This document shows positions 25,845-40,333 of a stretch of DNA of 64,000 nt, piece after piece (within the stretch, counting starts at the first letter, position 1; every line of letters begins with the position of its first letter). Source of the DNA: Paraphysomonas bandaiensis. Taxonomy: Eukaryota > Protista > Chrysophyceae. The notes beneath the pieces were generated by a model. That model worked only from the letters and a program-made list of their open reading frames with translations. It was not told the origin of the DNA and made no database searches. The DNA lies in the NCBI GenBank assembly GCA_965644295.1, contig CBFFRP010000408.1:186001-250000 (forward strand), in the 5' to 3' direction. The position numbers were made by a program, and so were the translations under genes.

Positions 25845-26358
25845 CTTGACAGTTGTGGTGTATAGAAACTGTTAGGAGTAGTGTCTCTAATATATGTAAG
25901 GGGTGCAGTGAGTATTGTTGCAATGCCACTCTGCAATAATTCGGGCTATGAATGCAAAATATGTGCAAGCGATGTGCATAGCATACAGTGACGGTATACG
26001 TAGAGCTCCTATGCTCCTATACATACCCAACTGTTGCAATTCTAACCACAAACTGAACTACTCTAGAATACAATAATAGAATACAGTGCATTCGACATAC
26101 TGTCGAACTGTTTTTAATAAAAAGTTGCAGTTTTCAGTTTATTTTGAAATTTCGGATTTTTAGACCTCAAATATGGCGTTTTCTATGAATGTGTTTCAGT
26201 ACATTCGAAAACTATTTAATTAAATTAAATACAACTCAAACTATAGCATTAAGACACTGACATGCGTGCCACACCACCCGCCTTGCATTAAAACAAATCA
26301 AAGAATTCCATTGTGTACAGAAAGAGTTCCGTTATAAAGTGCATTGAATAAAGTCGTC

Positions 26359-28780
26359 ATGAGGAGGAGGGACAAGCCGCTGGATATTTATAAAAAATTG
26401 CAAATAGTTCGTGCAATCGAAGAATTAATATACGATGAAGAGACCGGGTTGGCTACTGAGCGGGTGAAAACTGTTGATGTCGATACCTTTAAAGCCGTAA
26501 GTTACATTAAACTGCATATCAAACCTTCTGACTGTTCGGCAGCCTGTCGTGCAGAAAAAGAAACTGAATATCCCTATCGGGGACGTTAGCTATGATGCCG
26601 ACTATGATACTCAAGTGCCTTCAGACTTTTCTGTACCACAAAATTATGTACGCTACACCAAAAAGATAGGTGATGACGAAGATATTACAGTTGATTATTG
26701 CTTAGAGAGCGAAGATATGGTTCGTTATATTCAGTTGCATGTACGTCTTTTATATGTGCGCTAGGTCTGGCTGAAAGAACACCCTAAGCTGAATGCTGAT
26801 ACAGAACTGAAGAATCACCTTACGAGTTCTGCATTTGAAAGGATTATTAATATATTTGAACGAAGTACAGGGTTCGGAGATCCGATTGATCAGGTTCGTT
26901 GAACGCTTTTTTCTCTAACCGTAATGCTTACTGTATTTTCGTATAGTGTACAGCTGAGAGACTAGTGTGTCAATTCTTGCAATGGCGCCCACAAATTGCT
27001 AATAAACTAGTAGTGGAGGTATATCAGCGGTGGCTATGGAAGCGCTCGCGTATTCAGAAACCACTTTGCCGCCGCTACTGGCCCCAGACTTCAGCTACTG
27101 ATACGAATCCTCACCTAGTCTTCCGCCCTCGGGAAAAAGAGAAATACAAACTAAGAAAGCATCGTAAGAACGATCTACAGTCCTTTAGGTGAGCATATTT
27201 AATCATATTTTCTGGGCAAGTAGTTATATCCACGACAGAAAGCTGCAATCCCTTCGCAAAGAGTTCGGAAAGGCACGTGTGCTTCTGCAGTTAGTTTTGG
27301 AGAGGGAACTCCTCAAGCAGGCGGAGCTACGCGTACAGGAGGAGATTTTTCATCAGAGACTGAGGGACTTAGGCTGCACAACGATTGAGCCTAAGCCCTT
27401 CCGATACTCTCTGCGGTTTGACCACCTTGTGATGGTGATGACTTTTTATCCACGTAGATATTTCTAAATGTATTTACAGAAGGAGCAGTCGACGGTTTCG
27501 TCAGGGGAGGCGGAGAGCGCTGGAGATGGTCTAAAGCTTACCCTGAAACTGAAGGGGTATGTCTCAATCTGTTGTGTATCTATGTAACGTCTATTATTCT
27601 GTAGCAGCTCAGACACAGCTACCACTGGTGCTGGCGACAGCACGACGGCTGCAACTCCCGCTGTGCAGCCTTCTGGGGCACGAAAGAGGAAATCAGGTTT
27701 TGCGTTTGCATTCGTTCTCGCTTTTGTTTTATTTTTATTTGTAGAGGGTGGGAGATCTCGCAAAAGAGACCGGGCTTCTGCGGCTAGCACCAGTGCAGCT
27801 GCAGCTGCACAGGAAGGGAGAGAAGCTTCAGCTGCAAGTGCCACACCCGCGCAGGATAGCGTTCCTTGGCGACCATGCCTTCCCCAGTGTCCTTGGCCCA
27901 GTTTTATGGAGCCACTTTCTACTCGGGAAGAAGTGGTGGTACCACAGTCCATGGGTCGGTATATGGAGGACCTGGAGTTGCAACATGATAGAGGGCGAAT
28001 CGCCAGGTTTCGTTGCAGGGGGAGGGTTGGAAGGGGTGGCCGCATCGTTATGGATAGAATACCGGTACTACCCTGCTTTGTTGTATATATGATGTCGTAT
28101 TATTTGTCTGTCCTTGAGCTGATAGACCGCAGGTATACTCCTCTGATTGTGAGTCCCCAGAAGCGGGAGATTCAGTCTGCACCAACTCCCTTTCTTCCAG
28201 ATTTCGTGATCCAGCTATTCTTGCTCGATCTAGAACGGGCAATCCTTGCAATGCTGTCGAGTACATGTACCCAACGCAGTTGTCTGATGTGAATGCTCAG
28301 CTGCGCATGCAAAAGATTGCTGAAGCATTAGGCTATGGTTCGCTTTCAGAAGGAGGGCAACTATCTAGTAGTCGAAGTGGTACGGTGTCAGGGTATGGAA
28401 CTCCTTGTGCGTTTCCCGTTGGCCTTGGCGACCTGCATAGTGCTGAATCTATGCAGGCGCTCACTCAATATCTTAACCCTACCCAGCACCAGGCTGTCCT
28501 TGGCTTAGGATCGTTGATGTCAGGAACAGCAATGCTTGCACCTCCTGAAAGTGATGCTGTGTCATCACTTGTGACTCCAGAAGAATTGGATATATATCGC
28601 ATGAGTGACTCAGAAGACGAGGTAGTTGAAGTCATTAGAGATCCCAACAGGCGCGGCCCAGGTACGCAACTAACTTATCTCTGTTAAGGATTTCTAAATG
28701 ATTGCCTTGTTACAGATGCCCTTATGGGTGATCGATACGTTGCAAATAAATCTGTAGTACGTTACACACTGAGAGCATAA
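26359..28780 (+). CDS. EPL1: Enhancer of polycomb-like protein (NuA4/Tip60 subunit), multi-exon
   Basis: KPLDIYKKLQIV, LNIPI, VDYCLESED, FERIINIFE, VYQRWLWKR, DTNPHLVFRPREKE, RKHRKND, RGRVGRGGRIVMDR; last exon ends YTLRA* at 28780. Confidence 0.88.
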
Positions 28781-29257
28781 CCGTGACGCATTCATTGCAA
28801 CCACTGGTATTGACGTATCGTGCAGTATGGTCGTGTTATATTATATTTAGGTGCAATCAAGAAGCAATATAGACCTGTTAAATACATGCGTCAGTGACCC
28901 ATATAGTATAGTCGTTGTGTGTGTTTGTTATTTTGCATACCCACTCTAACTAATGTGTTCTCGGAATTCAGTTTTTAGCATCTGATTATTTCGAAAAGTA
29001 ATAAGAAATGAGGAATGTGCAATGCGGTAATATCTTTTATATATATCTTTTAGAGGAACAAGATATAAATAACAAACAGAATGTATGATTGACGACTTGC
29101 CTAATAGAATCATAGGTTTACGTTATTAATGTGACGACCTGGTAGTGTCTTTGAGCAAGAAAGTGTAAGCAGTATGAATAGGAAGGAATTTTCATAGAGT
29201 CGTAAAATATTTTATATTTCGAAATAATACGCTGCCCTGTGTCCCAGGTCTGCGTAT

Positions 29258-30045
29258 CAGGGCTGCGTAATAATTCACTTCAGTAAATGACGATATGGGC
29301 GAGAAACTGGCTCAAAAAGTCATTTCACGAGTGTTCTTTGAGAAAATAAATGATAGTAATATAATAGCGAAGAGGTTGCAATACAGACTTGGCAATTCCG
29401 GAAGTGCCCTGTAGGAAAAGGTGTTCTGAAACGAAAGAAAGGTTTTGGGTGGAGCAATATGTCGCAGCATGCTATCAAGCATAAGGGATGGAAAGATAAA
29501 TTTTTGGCTGCCCCCAGCGAGGTGGTGGTGCGATGAGTAAATGTGTCGAGGGCAAAGTATCACCTTAAGCGTGGAATGCGTATCACTGATTGGAGTGGGT
29601 CCTTTATACATAATAGAGGATCTTCCTTTTTCTTTCGTGGAAAAACTATTGACACGAGAGTACACCAGGTTGAGTAATATTTCGGTTTGATAGTTGATGA
29701 ATGGATGTGCTGCAAGGAACGTTGATGGATGATGGCAGTGAGAGTCTAGTTGTTAGATTGATGGTAGAGGGCAGCGAAAGCGAGCACGACTTAACCAGAA
29801 ACTCGTTACCGCAGCATGAAGCACTTAGATAATATCATAATCAATAAGGTTGAAAGGTTGTTCAGTAGAGCTAAGATTGTTGTGACTGATTTGCATTTAG
29901 AATTACTTATGCTATTACGCATGAACCGTCGCCTCTGGAATGAAATGAATGTTGAAGTAGCAATATTGGCCTACTGGCAGGTAATGTAGTTTAGTACTAA
30001 ATAATTGCAATAATTATAATTGAAATTATTACTTGCTGTCTCAGT
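29258..30045 (+). mobile_element. Decayed, internally deleted hAT transposon
   Basis: CAGGGCTGCGTAAT terminal motif at 29258. Broken translation gives KRKKGFGWSNMSQH..KH (BED-like), IEDLPFSFVEKLLTREYTRL, and the C-terminal dimerisation motif NKVERLFSRAKIVVTD..LELLMLLRMNRRLW; several stops and frameshifts. Confidence 0.78.
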
Positions 30046-31100
30046 GTGTTCTGCAACGTAATTGATATAAAAAACTTATAAACTACGAACTATACAAACA
30101 CGAATGTAGAGGTGTGTTTTACTATTTAACACCATCAAAATGATTGCAACATCTCGTTGCTTCGTAACACCATTTTGATGAAGCTATTATTTCGCCACGA
30201 AACCAGATACATGTCAAATACTTTTCACGACAGGTAATAAAGTCACTTCTAATGTTTCCAGTCACTCTCCAGGCAGCAATATAACTATCACAGACAAGAA
30301 CACAGCATTGAGAGAATAAACAGTTTACGTCAGATGCTAGACGTTGACGCAGATATGTCTTCAACATTGACAAAACCTGAATTACAAGTCCACGATTACT
30401 ATTCGTATATCTACTCACCTCTCTAAAACAAGTGGATTCGTATATATTTCATTCGCATCTCTTATGCTACCCAGGTATATATGTCAGTGAAATGTGATAT
30501 TAAGCCCATGCAGTAACACACGTAAGCTACTTAATCCTATAAGGATTGAATAGTTTTCATTCTTCATAGAGGTAGTGGTAGAGACAGTTATGAGACAGAG
30601 TGAAGAGAGATATCGCAGTTGAAGTTCAGTTATAAATAGAGAGAGCGCTCCGTATAGCCATCGCTGTATAAGGAATGTATGCAGTTTCAAGCACACTGAG
30701 GCATGAAATGATACCATCCACTCAACTAGAATTGCAGTGAACACGATCAGTGCTTGCTAGCATCTCCCTAATCGATATCTACATGACTCCAGAGGCTTCA
30801 AGGACTCCACCACCCCTCGTACACTTCTACAGTTGATTTTGATGCTGATTTTGGACGAATTGCGATGAAAAACACAAAGCAGACCGTAAAGTTACGACTA
30901 AAAGATGAGGAGCGAGAGGACGATGCCGCTTCTGGAGCATGCAGCTCATGAGGCTGAGAGCCCCCTCAACGAGAATGTACGATGAGTAGTAGAGTCAATG
31001 AAGCCTTTGGATGAGAGTAACGATCCATTTTCGATCCACTGACAAACATATTGGGCTGATCAGTGATCATAATGAACTCATGCGCTGGTCTGAAGATACT

Positions 31101-31242
31101 AGCCGGCTTTAAACGCCAACCAACCGGCTTCTCAACCGCCGGCCGACCTCAACTGGCTTTTCAACCGGCTTCTCAACCGGCCGGCTTTTATTTAGTCGAA
31201 CCTCAAGCCGAAAACACCGGCTTCGGCTTCATAAATACAATG
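31101..31242. mobile_element. Probable DNA-transposon (hAT-type) terminus with clustered AACCGGCT subterminal repeats
   Basis: About 7 copies of (a)accggc(tt) or its reverse complement, ending in ggcttcggcttcataaatacaatg; decayed, more GC-rich sequence lies to its left (~30100-31050). Confidence 0.5.
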
Positions 31243-31552
31243 TATACCTCCTGTATTCCCAAGATGTGAGTAGTGGTGTACCCCTGTAGTCCTGTTGTAG
31301 TCCTGCTGTAGTCGTGTTGTATACAAGCCAGTCACATGAGATCAGGCAGTATTTTCAACGGTCACATTCAGCGTATGTATGTATGTATATGCACACAGAT
31401 CCTGCCTGCCTGCCTGTGAAGGACCTGCCGGAGCCTGTCAAGACAGAAGCAACAACCCCCTTCACACCTTCTTCCAGAACCCATTACAGTACTTATATTC
31501 TCCCATTCTCAGCAAGTGAGTGCAAGGCGATCCGCTCCTCTGATAGCATCCG

Positions 31553-32942
31553 ATGAACGACATGAGCGAATCAGACAAAATGTTTAACTGCAAACTCACA
31601 ATACAAAAACTTGAGGTAAGATCTCGACATGGTGATCCTGTCTGTGTGAGTGTGTGTATGCTGCAGGAAGAGTTGGCACTATACAGAAACGGCACCAGCG
31701 GCGAAGATCTGATCGAAGTGATTAACGAGAAGGACTGCGAGCTGAATGAGCTCAGAAGAAATCTCAGTGAAGTGACAGAAGGGTACACTAAAGTTGGCAC
31801 TGCATTGAAAGGGTTACTTCCTGAGTTTGATGCTTTGAAGAAAGAAAAGGCCGAGTTAACTCAAATGGTCGAATTGAAATGTGGTGAACTAGTGGAGAGA
31901 GATAGCACGATATCTCAACTTCGATCTGACGTGGAGTCATTAACAAGTCAGGTTTCTTCACTTGATGCTGATCTCAGTACCAGAAATGAAGAAAACAAAT
32001 ATCTGATGGCAGATGTTGAGAAATTACAAATGAGGTGTTCTGTCCTTGTCAATGAGAGCAGAGAGAAAACACAATTTCTTAATTCTGAAAAGAGTCTAAG
32101 AGCAAAAGAAGTTAAAGAGATGCGGGTAAAATACTTTAATGTCTAGAACTACACTTTTGATTTGAATATTCGCAGGATGAGCTAGATCGTGCGATGCGGT
32201 GCAATACTGAGCTGAAAGTTCTTAGCAGCGATCTAAACGAAGAAATTGAGACCAAAGATGCAGAATTGATGTCTGCGAAGAGTGAAATAACTTCCTTGAA
32301 ATCAGAAATTAATCGAATTCAGAATGAGTACACTGCACTACAACAGAAATTGAAAGGTGTTTCGACCGAACTATCCGCTGCACAAAGTCAAGTTTGTGAC
32401 AAAACTCGGGAGGCCGACGATTTGAGGATGGTGTACTCGCAACGCATTGAGGAAAGAAACAAAAGAGAACGAGAGTTACAACAGGTTATTGTCACTCGTG
32501 AAGACAGTATTCGAGAGGTATATAGATCAAAGTGTGCGTTTATGGTGTCTCATTTATGATGTAGTTGACACACGATTTGGATTGTGCCAAAAGGGCACTA
32601 CAAGATGCTAATCGTGACTCTCGTGTAGCAATGGAAGACCGCGAGCGCTATTGGAAAGCTGAGGTAAACAGGCTTGAAAAACTTGCGGAAACAAATGCTA
32701 CCCGACTGCAAAAGCTGGAGGTTGAAAGAGAAAAGTACCTTTCCGACAAGAGAGATTTTGACATTCTCAAGGCGAAGTATAGCAATCTCGAAGACAAAAT
32801 AAAACGACAAGAAGCCTATATGAAGAACAGATTGTTACGTGATCGGTCAAACACCTTACATGCTCCAGACGCTGTACTCAAGCCATCTATGCAAAATAAA
32901 ACACAGAGGAACTCAACTGTGTACCGCACAGAGGAGCTGTAG
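31553..32942 (+). CDS. Coiled-coil protein of unknown function, ~4 exons
   Basis: Consecutive heptad-rich ORFs separated by short GT-AG introns (~31616-31665, ~32126-32175, ~32518-32564). Confidence 0.78.
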
Positions 32943-33162
32943 ATACTGTGTGCTATGAGTTGTTATTTTTAGCACCACGCACGTTACAAAATGTTACAAG
33001 TTCTAATAATTTATTGATTTTCGTAACCACTTACGTATACGATAGGGGTAGTATTCGGGGTATTTTATATTATGCCGCGTCAAATATTTCACTGTGTGAA
33101 GGAATAGTTATTGTATATATATGCAAGCTTCTAACTTATTATATATTATTCAAGTGACATCA

Positions 33163-33512
33163 ATAAGTGTCACTTGTGTAGACGTCTTTAGGCCCTGACG
33201 AATAAACAGGCATCCGGGAATGGGCTCACCTCAAAAGCATCCAGGACAGGGCCCACCTGAAGGGTAACCGGGGTATTGGGCTGCCTGCTGAAGTCAAGCA
33301 TCCGGGATGTTCACCTTAAGAACTCAGAGCGGAAGTGGTCGTACCTTAGTGCTTGCGGCGACGCACAAACAACTTCCGTAGCGTTAAATAGTAGGAAAAA
33401 ATAAGTGTTTACTGATTAGCTGATTAGTTACAGGTAGAGGTTAGTTTGTCTAGCATTCATTTAGCTACTACGTTGGTGCAGGTTTTTAACGCCTCTTGCT
33501 AATAATAAGACA
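33163..33512 (+). mobile_element. Family B dispersed repeat (Helitron-like), copy 1
   Basis: Close reverse complement of ~40857-41172; contains three GCATCC(G/A)GGA subunits. Confidence 0.75.
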
Positions 33513-34559
33513 TTCAATATATGAAGAATATTTCCTCATTTTTGTGAAGAAGCTAGCATACATTAATATTAAAAACTATTGCTCTTTCTTTTCTTAATTT
33601 AGGAACGACAGCCATTTTAAGCAATGTGCAAATAAAATACGGTAGCAAACGAACTACTGTATGTATGAGCATTTTCTCATTGTTATTTTGGTGTAATCAC
33701 TTCTCAGCAAAGATTGATGCTTCGAAACCAAAATATTGATGGCATATTCGAAACCACGTACAGATAGATATTTAACAGAAAAACAAAGATAATTCACAGA
33801 CGTTACATATGTATATGAAACCTATCAGAAAAACTATACGTCGAAAGTACAAACCCTAACCCTAAGTTAGTTGATGTTAGTTTTTTAAGACAAGGTAATA
33901 ACTTTCCAGTAATATTCTTTGGGGTATTGTTGCGAAGCCTTAGTTATGAAGATTGACCACTTACACTGACATCACAACGCTTTTTTTCACCAAAAGGATA
34001 GAATATAACTTGGTGTGTTTGAGGATTTGGTTTTAAAAAGTTGAGTCATCATTGTGATTTCCCTAAATGTGTATGTAATGAAATCACATTCAACTGACTG
34101 TCAATATCATAATTAAGATGTAGAAGAAAGACAGTTGTTTATGCTTGAAGTTTGAACCGAATATTGAAGTTGTATATCAATAATTTCCCGGTCCTACTAC
34201 GAGCGTTCTGTTGAACACTATTCAGGTCAAAAACATTTTTTAGACGTAATGGGGATAAAGAGTTAATTTAGTAGACCTGATAAACTTAACGCCTTCCTAC
34301 GACATATTTTGAGTTATCAGATTGGTAGCTCTGTGTCACGACTACAAAGGCTCGGACTTCCCTGCAACGTGATATGCTGATGAACTATGCAGTCGTGATA
34401 CTCTACGATCACTCGTAAATAGTAAAAGGGGGCTAGCAAACAAATAATGGAAGCCGCATATTCGTGAATCCGCAGAGTACGAATATTCTTATTAGAACAT
34501 TTACATAAAATATTTTCTCAATATAGTATATTAGTTGAAACGAAAACAAAAGCATTTAC

Positions 34560-37500
34560 TTAGCACTCTGTCCTGAGAGCTTCCTGTTGTTCCAGCGACA
34601 ACATTGCAAACGCTTGATGTAAAATATCATTTGGCAACAATCCGTTGTGCATTTGTTGAACAATGCATTTCATGCGTTGCTGAGTAGTCGGATGTGCAAG
34701 CGGAATTTCTTTGAGGGATGTAAACACTTCTGCGAAGACACGTAAGATCTCGGACAAATTTTGATAATTGCATCCAAGTAATGTCTGGTCACCGGCCTCA
34801 AAAACATCACAAAGCTGTGCGCTAGCCATTTTAGCTTCACTTTCATCAGCGCGAAAAGGCAAGGCTTTTATCCAAATAGAAGCCACATGACTCGGTTCGA
34901 CCCCCCCCCAGTTTAGGTTGCGTAGAGAAGGATTAGTGTAGGCAATTCCTAATGCAAACAGAGCGTTCTCCGTTATTCCTTGGTTGGATTCATCAGAAGC
35001 GTCTGGACCAAGAGCAAGTTCAACAAGGGCAGGTATAACATGCTGAAGGTGAGAGGCACAGACATCTGGGGCAAATCTGATGGCTTGTGCAATACCATAT
35101 GCAGAACTCTGTCTTAAAACTGGATGCATAGACTTCAAATTATTCGCAAATATCTCTAAACACTGGGGGATATACTTATGAGAATCCTTGCCGCCAAACT
35201 CAATCATATCATCTAGCATGCACACAGCCACAACTTGTAAAGCTTCTGGATGAGTCGGCGACAAATACGGCGTAAAATTCGGAGCTATATCACGGTCAAA
35301 CAGTGGCATGAGAGCTTCGCCATACAGTTTAAGCAATTGCCCCATAGCATCAACCAGTGTTGATAGAAGATCTTCCTCTTCTTCAAGCTCTGCAGCATAA
35401 GCTTCCTCATCCTCCGGGTCCAGTCCTTCATTTCGTTTTATCGACTGTTCTTTCTCAGAACGCCGCACTACACTCTCCTGGCAGCGAACAAGCATGTCGC
35501 GAACAGACGTACAACAAAAATCGAATTCTGGACGGCAAACAAACTGAACCCGCGAACCATCTGGCATTTCTTCGCCTGATTCAAAGCAGGCCTGTAATAT
35601 ATCACGAAGAGACTCTACAGCACAAGAACGCGCCACAGAATTCACTTCACCCTTTATTGCCCCCAACAGTGTCGACACGCAAGAATTCATGATATTCTGC
35701 ATTGTATCACGTGTTAGGCACCCTCGAGTACACGAATCCAGGGCAGCCTCAAATAGCTTACTCAGGGCCAATGAGGCAGAAGAACGAACATCAGAGGAAT
35801 GCCTATCTGTAACCATCACGATGGTGGCACTTATGCAATCCCCGATATACTCTTTCAAATCGCCTTTCAAATTATTCGCATATTCATACATCATACGCCC
35901 ACACTGCAAAAAATATCATTACAAGTACGATAAACAGTGTCCCTTACTTGATTCTTCTGTTGCACTGCGTGGATATTTAACGTCACTCGCTTCCTCACAC
36001 CTGCTCCGAGAGATATAACTGCAGATTCCAAGCCAGTCTCTTCATCATGAATCATCTAAAACCGCAATACGTTACAATGGAAATAGTAATAACAATGAAC
36101 GAACTACCTCTCCTTCAGTCTCACCATCACCGGCATCTTCCATGGAAAACTGTATCTGTTGGCGTGCACCAGCGAGCAGCGGCTTCATTACGAATGGTAA
36201 AAAAGGCTCAAATCGGTGGCCAAGAGCATGAGATATTCGAGCACATGCGGGAAGGATGTAATCAAATGTCGTATCGTCATCGCACTCGCCCTAAATATCA
36301 TAACACTGTAATAGGTAGTAAAACCACAGGAACAACCAACCATCGCTGATAGTAGTATGTGCATCACTTCAAGGGCATCCGAAGCAAAGACATCATCACT
36401 AACTGCCTCTCCGATAAGTCCTACACATTCCATCGCTTTGCCTCTAAGGTCAGACATGTGTACCGCGGTAGCGCCCAGCATAATTTCCTTAATTCCCGGC
36501 ATAAATGAGGCATAATAAGGTGCGAACGCCGGTCCACACATTTGGGCAATGCATCTAAACAAATTACGCATTAGCCATCAATACAAAGCAACAATTATCC
36601 GTTACCCGAGCAACGTCAGACACACGGGTTGCACGTGAATCGACGAGTTTTGAAGGCACTGGCAAAGAGTAGATAGTAGGTTATCGAGCCTCGGTCCAGT
36701 CAGCAGCTGGGTGTCGTCGTCTGTATTATCATCTCTCGTCCGACACATATTGATCAGTGCCGACACAGAGTGTCCCTTCACTCTCTCGGAGGTATCAGCT
36801 GACCCCATTATTGCAACCAAGGTGTCAAAGTACAAATTACCAATATCTGGAATAGCTTCTGGAAAAAGGTCCGCGAATCTCCCAATGGCTTGTATGGACT
36901 GAAACTGCACTCTTGGCGACTTGTCGATAAGGACGCGTGTCAGGAACGCAAGAGCCAGCTGAAGATATTCCTTCTTGAAGAAAGTTGAACATCCTTCTGC
37001 CAAACGAGAAAGAGCTGCTACAGCAGCACGTCTATAGGTTGGTTCACTACTGGAGGCATACTCTTCTACTGCAGCCACAACAGGAGGTCCGCAAGTTCTT
37101 CCGCCCATTCCTGCTGCAGCTCGATGCAGAGCTTCTTCTCCAACAGCAGCGTTGTCGTCAGGTGGTTCCTCTGAATAGACACCATTCGCCCATTCCTCTT
37201 CCTCTTCTTCCACTTCAAGCATGAGGCTCATTGCTAGAGGAACCAAACCTTTAATAAGACCTGAGCACCTACAAGGAATTATAAGTGCCAATAGTAACTA
37301 TCAGTAAACAACCTACCGACGAGCAAGAGCTGGCGCAGTTTCTGTGATTGTCACCATCAACTCTAGCGCAATCGACCTTGTAGAAAATTCCAAACCGGAA
37401 GATGATGCAACAGTCAACATTGCGGAAACAATATGATCCATAGCACCTTTAAAAAACATTGGTTGAAACTGAGCCACAGATACCATGTATTCCATAATTC

Positions 37501-38242
37501 CTGTCGCGTCCACCTCATCACCAGAAGATAGCGTTAAACCAAGAATATACAGAATGGACTGAATAGCCGGTTTTAATTCATTTCGGGCAGAATCGTCGTC
37601 GAGATACACAATACACGCCCCAGTAGCTCTGGCAGAGGCAACCTGAATTGATAAAGTCTCAGAAGATAGATGAGAATCGAAGAAAGTTATCAAAGAGGAA
37701 AGGTGGGTTAAAATATCATCAGGACAGTATTCCGCTATAATTTCTATTAAGTTGAGTATCGGAATAGCGGATGCAGATCCTCCTGAATTGCCGTGAGCGA
37801 TGACGCAGGGAATCAACTCCATCCAATTCCCATTAGCAGCAGATTGCGCAATCACGTGAGATAATCTCTGCAATATGACATGATTATTTTCACAGGTCCA
37901 CATACGCAGTAGCTCCTGTCGAAGTTGTGTCATAGTGGCATCACTGATAGAGCTGCCTTGGCTGGTTGTCTTATCAACAGCTCGACGAAGAAGAATCCCA
38001 GCCAAGGATCTTATGCACACCGCCTAACCATAAGACACACACGGTAAGGTGAGGTAAGGAACATGCCAGAGAGAAGGAAGGACCTGTTGAACATCCCCAA
38101 CAATAGAAACAAGCGCATAGAGAACTCCTTCAGGGTCTCTCTCTTGCTGAGACATGAAGTAACTCTCTGCATGTCTACGAGCGTCATTGTCAGGAGACAT
38201 GAGCACGCCAAGCGTCTCAGAGATAGTTGAAGCCATCGACAT
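34560..38242 (-). CDS. IPO5: Importin-5 / KAP121 (karyopherin beta-3), multi-exon
   Basis: LMSPDNDARRHAE, RSLAGILLRR, LRGKAMECVGLIGEAV, acidic loop, LRQSSAYGI, ITENALFALG, LPFRADESEA; HEAT-repeat composition over ~1100 aa. Confidence 0.9.
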
Positions 38243-39780
38243 TTCAATTATGTAAAGCACAAGCCTGACGATGACGAGTCGGTCTGGTTGTTTCGATCTC
38301 AGGACACACACTGAGAGACTGCTGAGTGCTGTGCGGTGTATGCCATCATCCATGTTCTTAGACTACAGAGAATGCGGGTTTAAATATTCGAATTCAAACA
38401 TTTCAAATGATTTTCCACCTATTTTCAGCATCACAACATAAATGTGGTCATTTTCGGCCCACAGATATCTATATTTCCAGGATTTTTTAAGCCTCTTTGC
38501 CATACAAAATGTATATGTCGGATTTTTCTTTAGTTTTTTGCAGAATTATCTCGGTTTTCAACTACATTTCCTACTTCATACACTTGTCCAATCACCCGCT
38601 TGTACTTGCCATAATACTGATGTGATTGGAGGAGAGGAAACGGCTATCTCAACACGCCTCCAAACCATGTAGACGTTAATACTTGGCACACATGTAAAGA
38701 ACTCTTACAAGAATGTTCGGTTAGTATCCTCTTCAATGGCTTCGAATTCCAACCATTAGGGTCCCGTGCGTGCCATATGAGTACAAAGTTCTCACAAGAT
38801 GCAAAAATGGCATCAGAATGAGGTGAACAGCCCCTCAAGTGACTCATACTGTACAGAACTATACTTATGTCACATTCATGGCACATGTATATGCAGAACA
38901 TGCTTTTAACAAGACATCAAATGCAAGCACATGAACACTATGCAATAACCTGCATGGTAATGAGAGTGTGATTGACGACACAAAGATATATGCATACCTA
39001 TAGAGGTAATAGAAGTGTGAACATGTATGAGTATGCTTTATTGATTTCGAGTTCTTTCTATCTGCAGCTAGAGAAGGAGCAATACCAGTGCAGGGTAAGA
39101 TATATATGACACAGTATCAATGTGGAGTGTGTAGATCGTATGCTATAATGAATATGAAGTGCCGAGTATATGGTGTAGGTGGTATATGCATGGTAGTGAT
39201 ACAATGTGAAATGCATGATAAACATGATGACGGTTTAATAGAATACATATAAATCCATGTATGTAATAATAACACACACATAGCATATCACTAGCGAGAG
39301 GTCTCACTCGTTCTGGTGTAGCCCAATCATGGCTAGCAGTCACATAGTAATATATTGGCATCTCTCGTTCTCTGTTCTCTTCCTTCTTTGCCCCCTCATA
39401 CATGTCTTTTTCCCTATTCTGGGGGCTTCCTCATGCTTCTTCCTCTAGTCTTTTCTCTACAGTCTTCCTCCCTCAGGTACTTCTCTACAGTCCTTGATCT
39501 GCAGCAGGCTAGATCCGATCTCCTTGTCACCAATTCCACATCTTGGTATCTGTGTTTTTATCTTGCACCGTTGTAGACGTAATATCTGGCCACTTTTATT
39601 CTAGAACCTTTACCGTCCGTGCTTGATTCAGTAATACGGTTAATCGCTCTAAATATATCTGTCATGACTTCCTCACAGTATATTGGTCCCATATTGATGC
39701 CCTGGATGCTCTGCCGCCTGCTGTCTTGTCTCAGCCATCCAGTCTACTGTTTCCGCATGAGATTATCCTTTCATTGCAAC

Positions 39781-39993
39781 TTATTATTATTAGCAATAGA
39801 TGTTTAAGAGCCAATGCTTAACTCTGATATCCTACTATTTAGCGCAATGAAGCTGCTTGTGCGTCTCTGTAAGCACCAAGGTGCAACCACTTTCTATCAC
39901 TCAAAGCAAACGAAGTGAGATTGTTGTTATACCTGACATCTGCTGACTTCAGAATATTCGAGTTCTTAAAGGACTTCAGCAGGCAGCCCAATA
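39781..39993 (-). mobile_element. Family B copy 2 (fragment)
   Basis: Shares ttattagcaat, aagcaccaaggtgcaaccactt and gacttcagcaggcagcccaata with the other copies. Confidence 0.7.
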
Positions 39994-40333
39994 GTCAATA
40001 TCGCTTGTGAGGTATGTGAGATTCTTTTATAGCTCTCTACATATCTTAATTATGTCGTCAGCGGAGATTGTTGTGACGCACATGTCGATCTCCATATAGC
40101 CTCACAATGCAGCGAGGACCCTCATCAACAGTGATCCCGCCGATGTCATATAATGGCCCTTAGGAAGCTGTGGAACTGCACCGGACATGGTCACGAGAAA
40201 CTGTCCAATTCTCATTGGAATGCGACGTTGTAATGTGATGTATTGCATGTATACAATATCTGCATTCATTAATTGATGCTAGAGTATGTTCCCATGTTTG
40301 AAATTTGTTTTTGAAATATTTATTATTAAATGA

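Noticed and set aside
33190-33240. CTGACGA as hammerhead ribozyme core
   Set aside because: No properly placed GAAA/helix II seen, and copy 3 reads TTGACGA.
33851-33865. Interstitial telomeric repeat (CCCTAA)2
   Set aside because: Only two units; compatible with chance.
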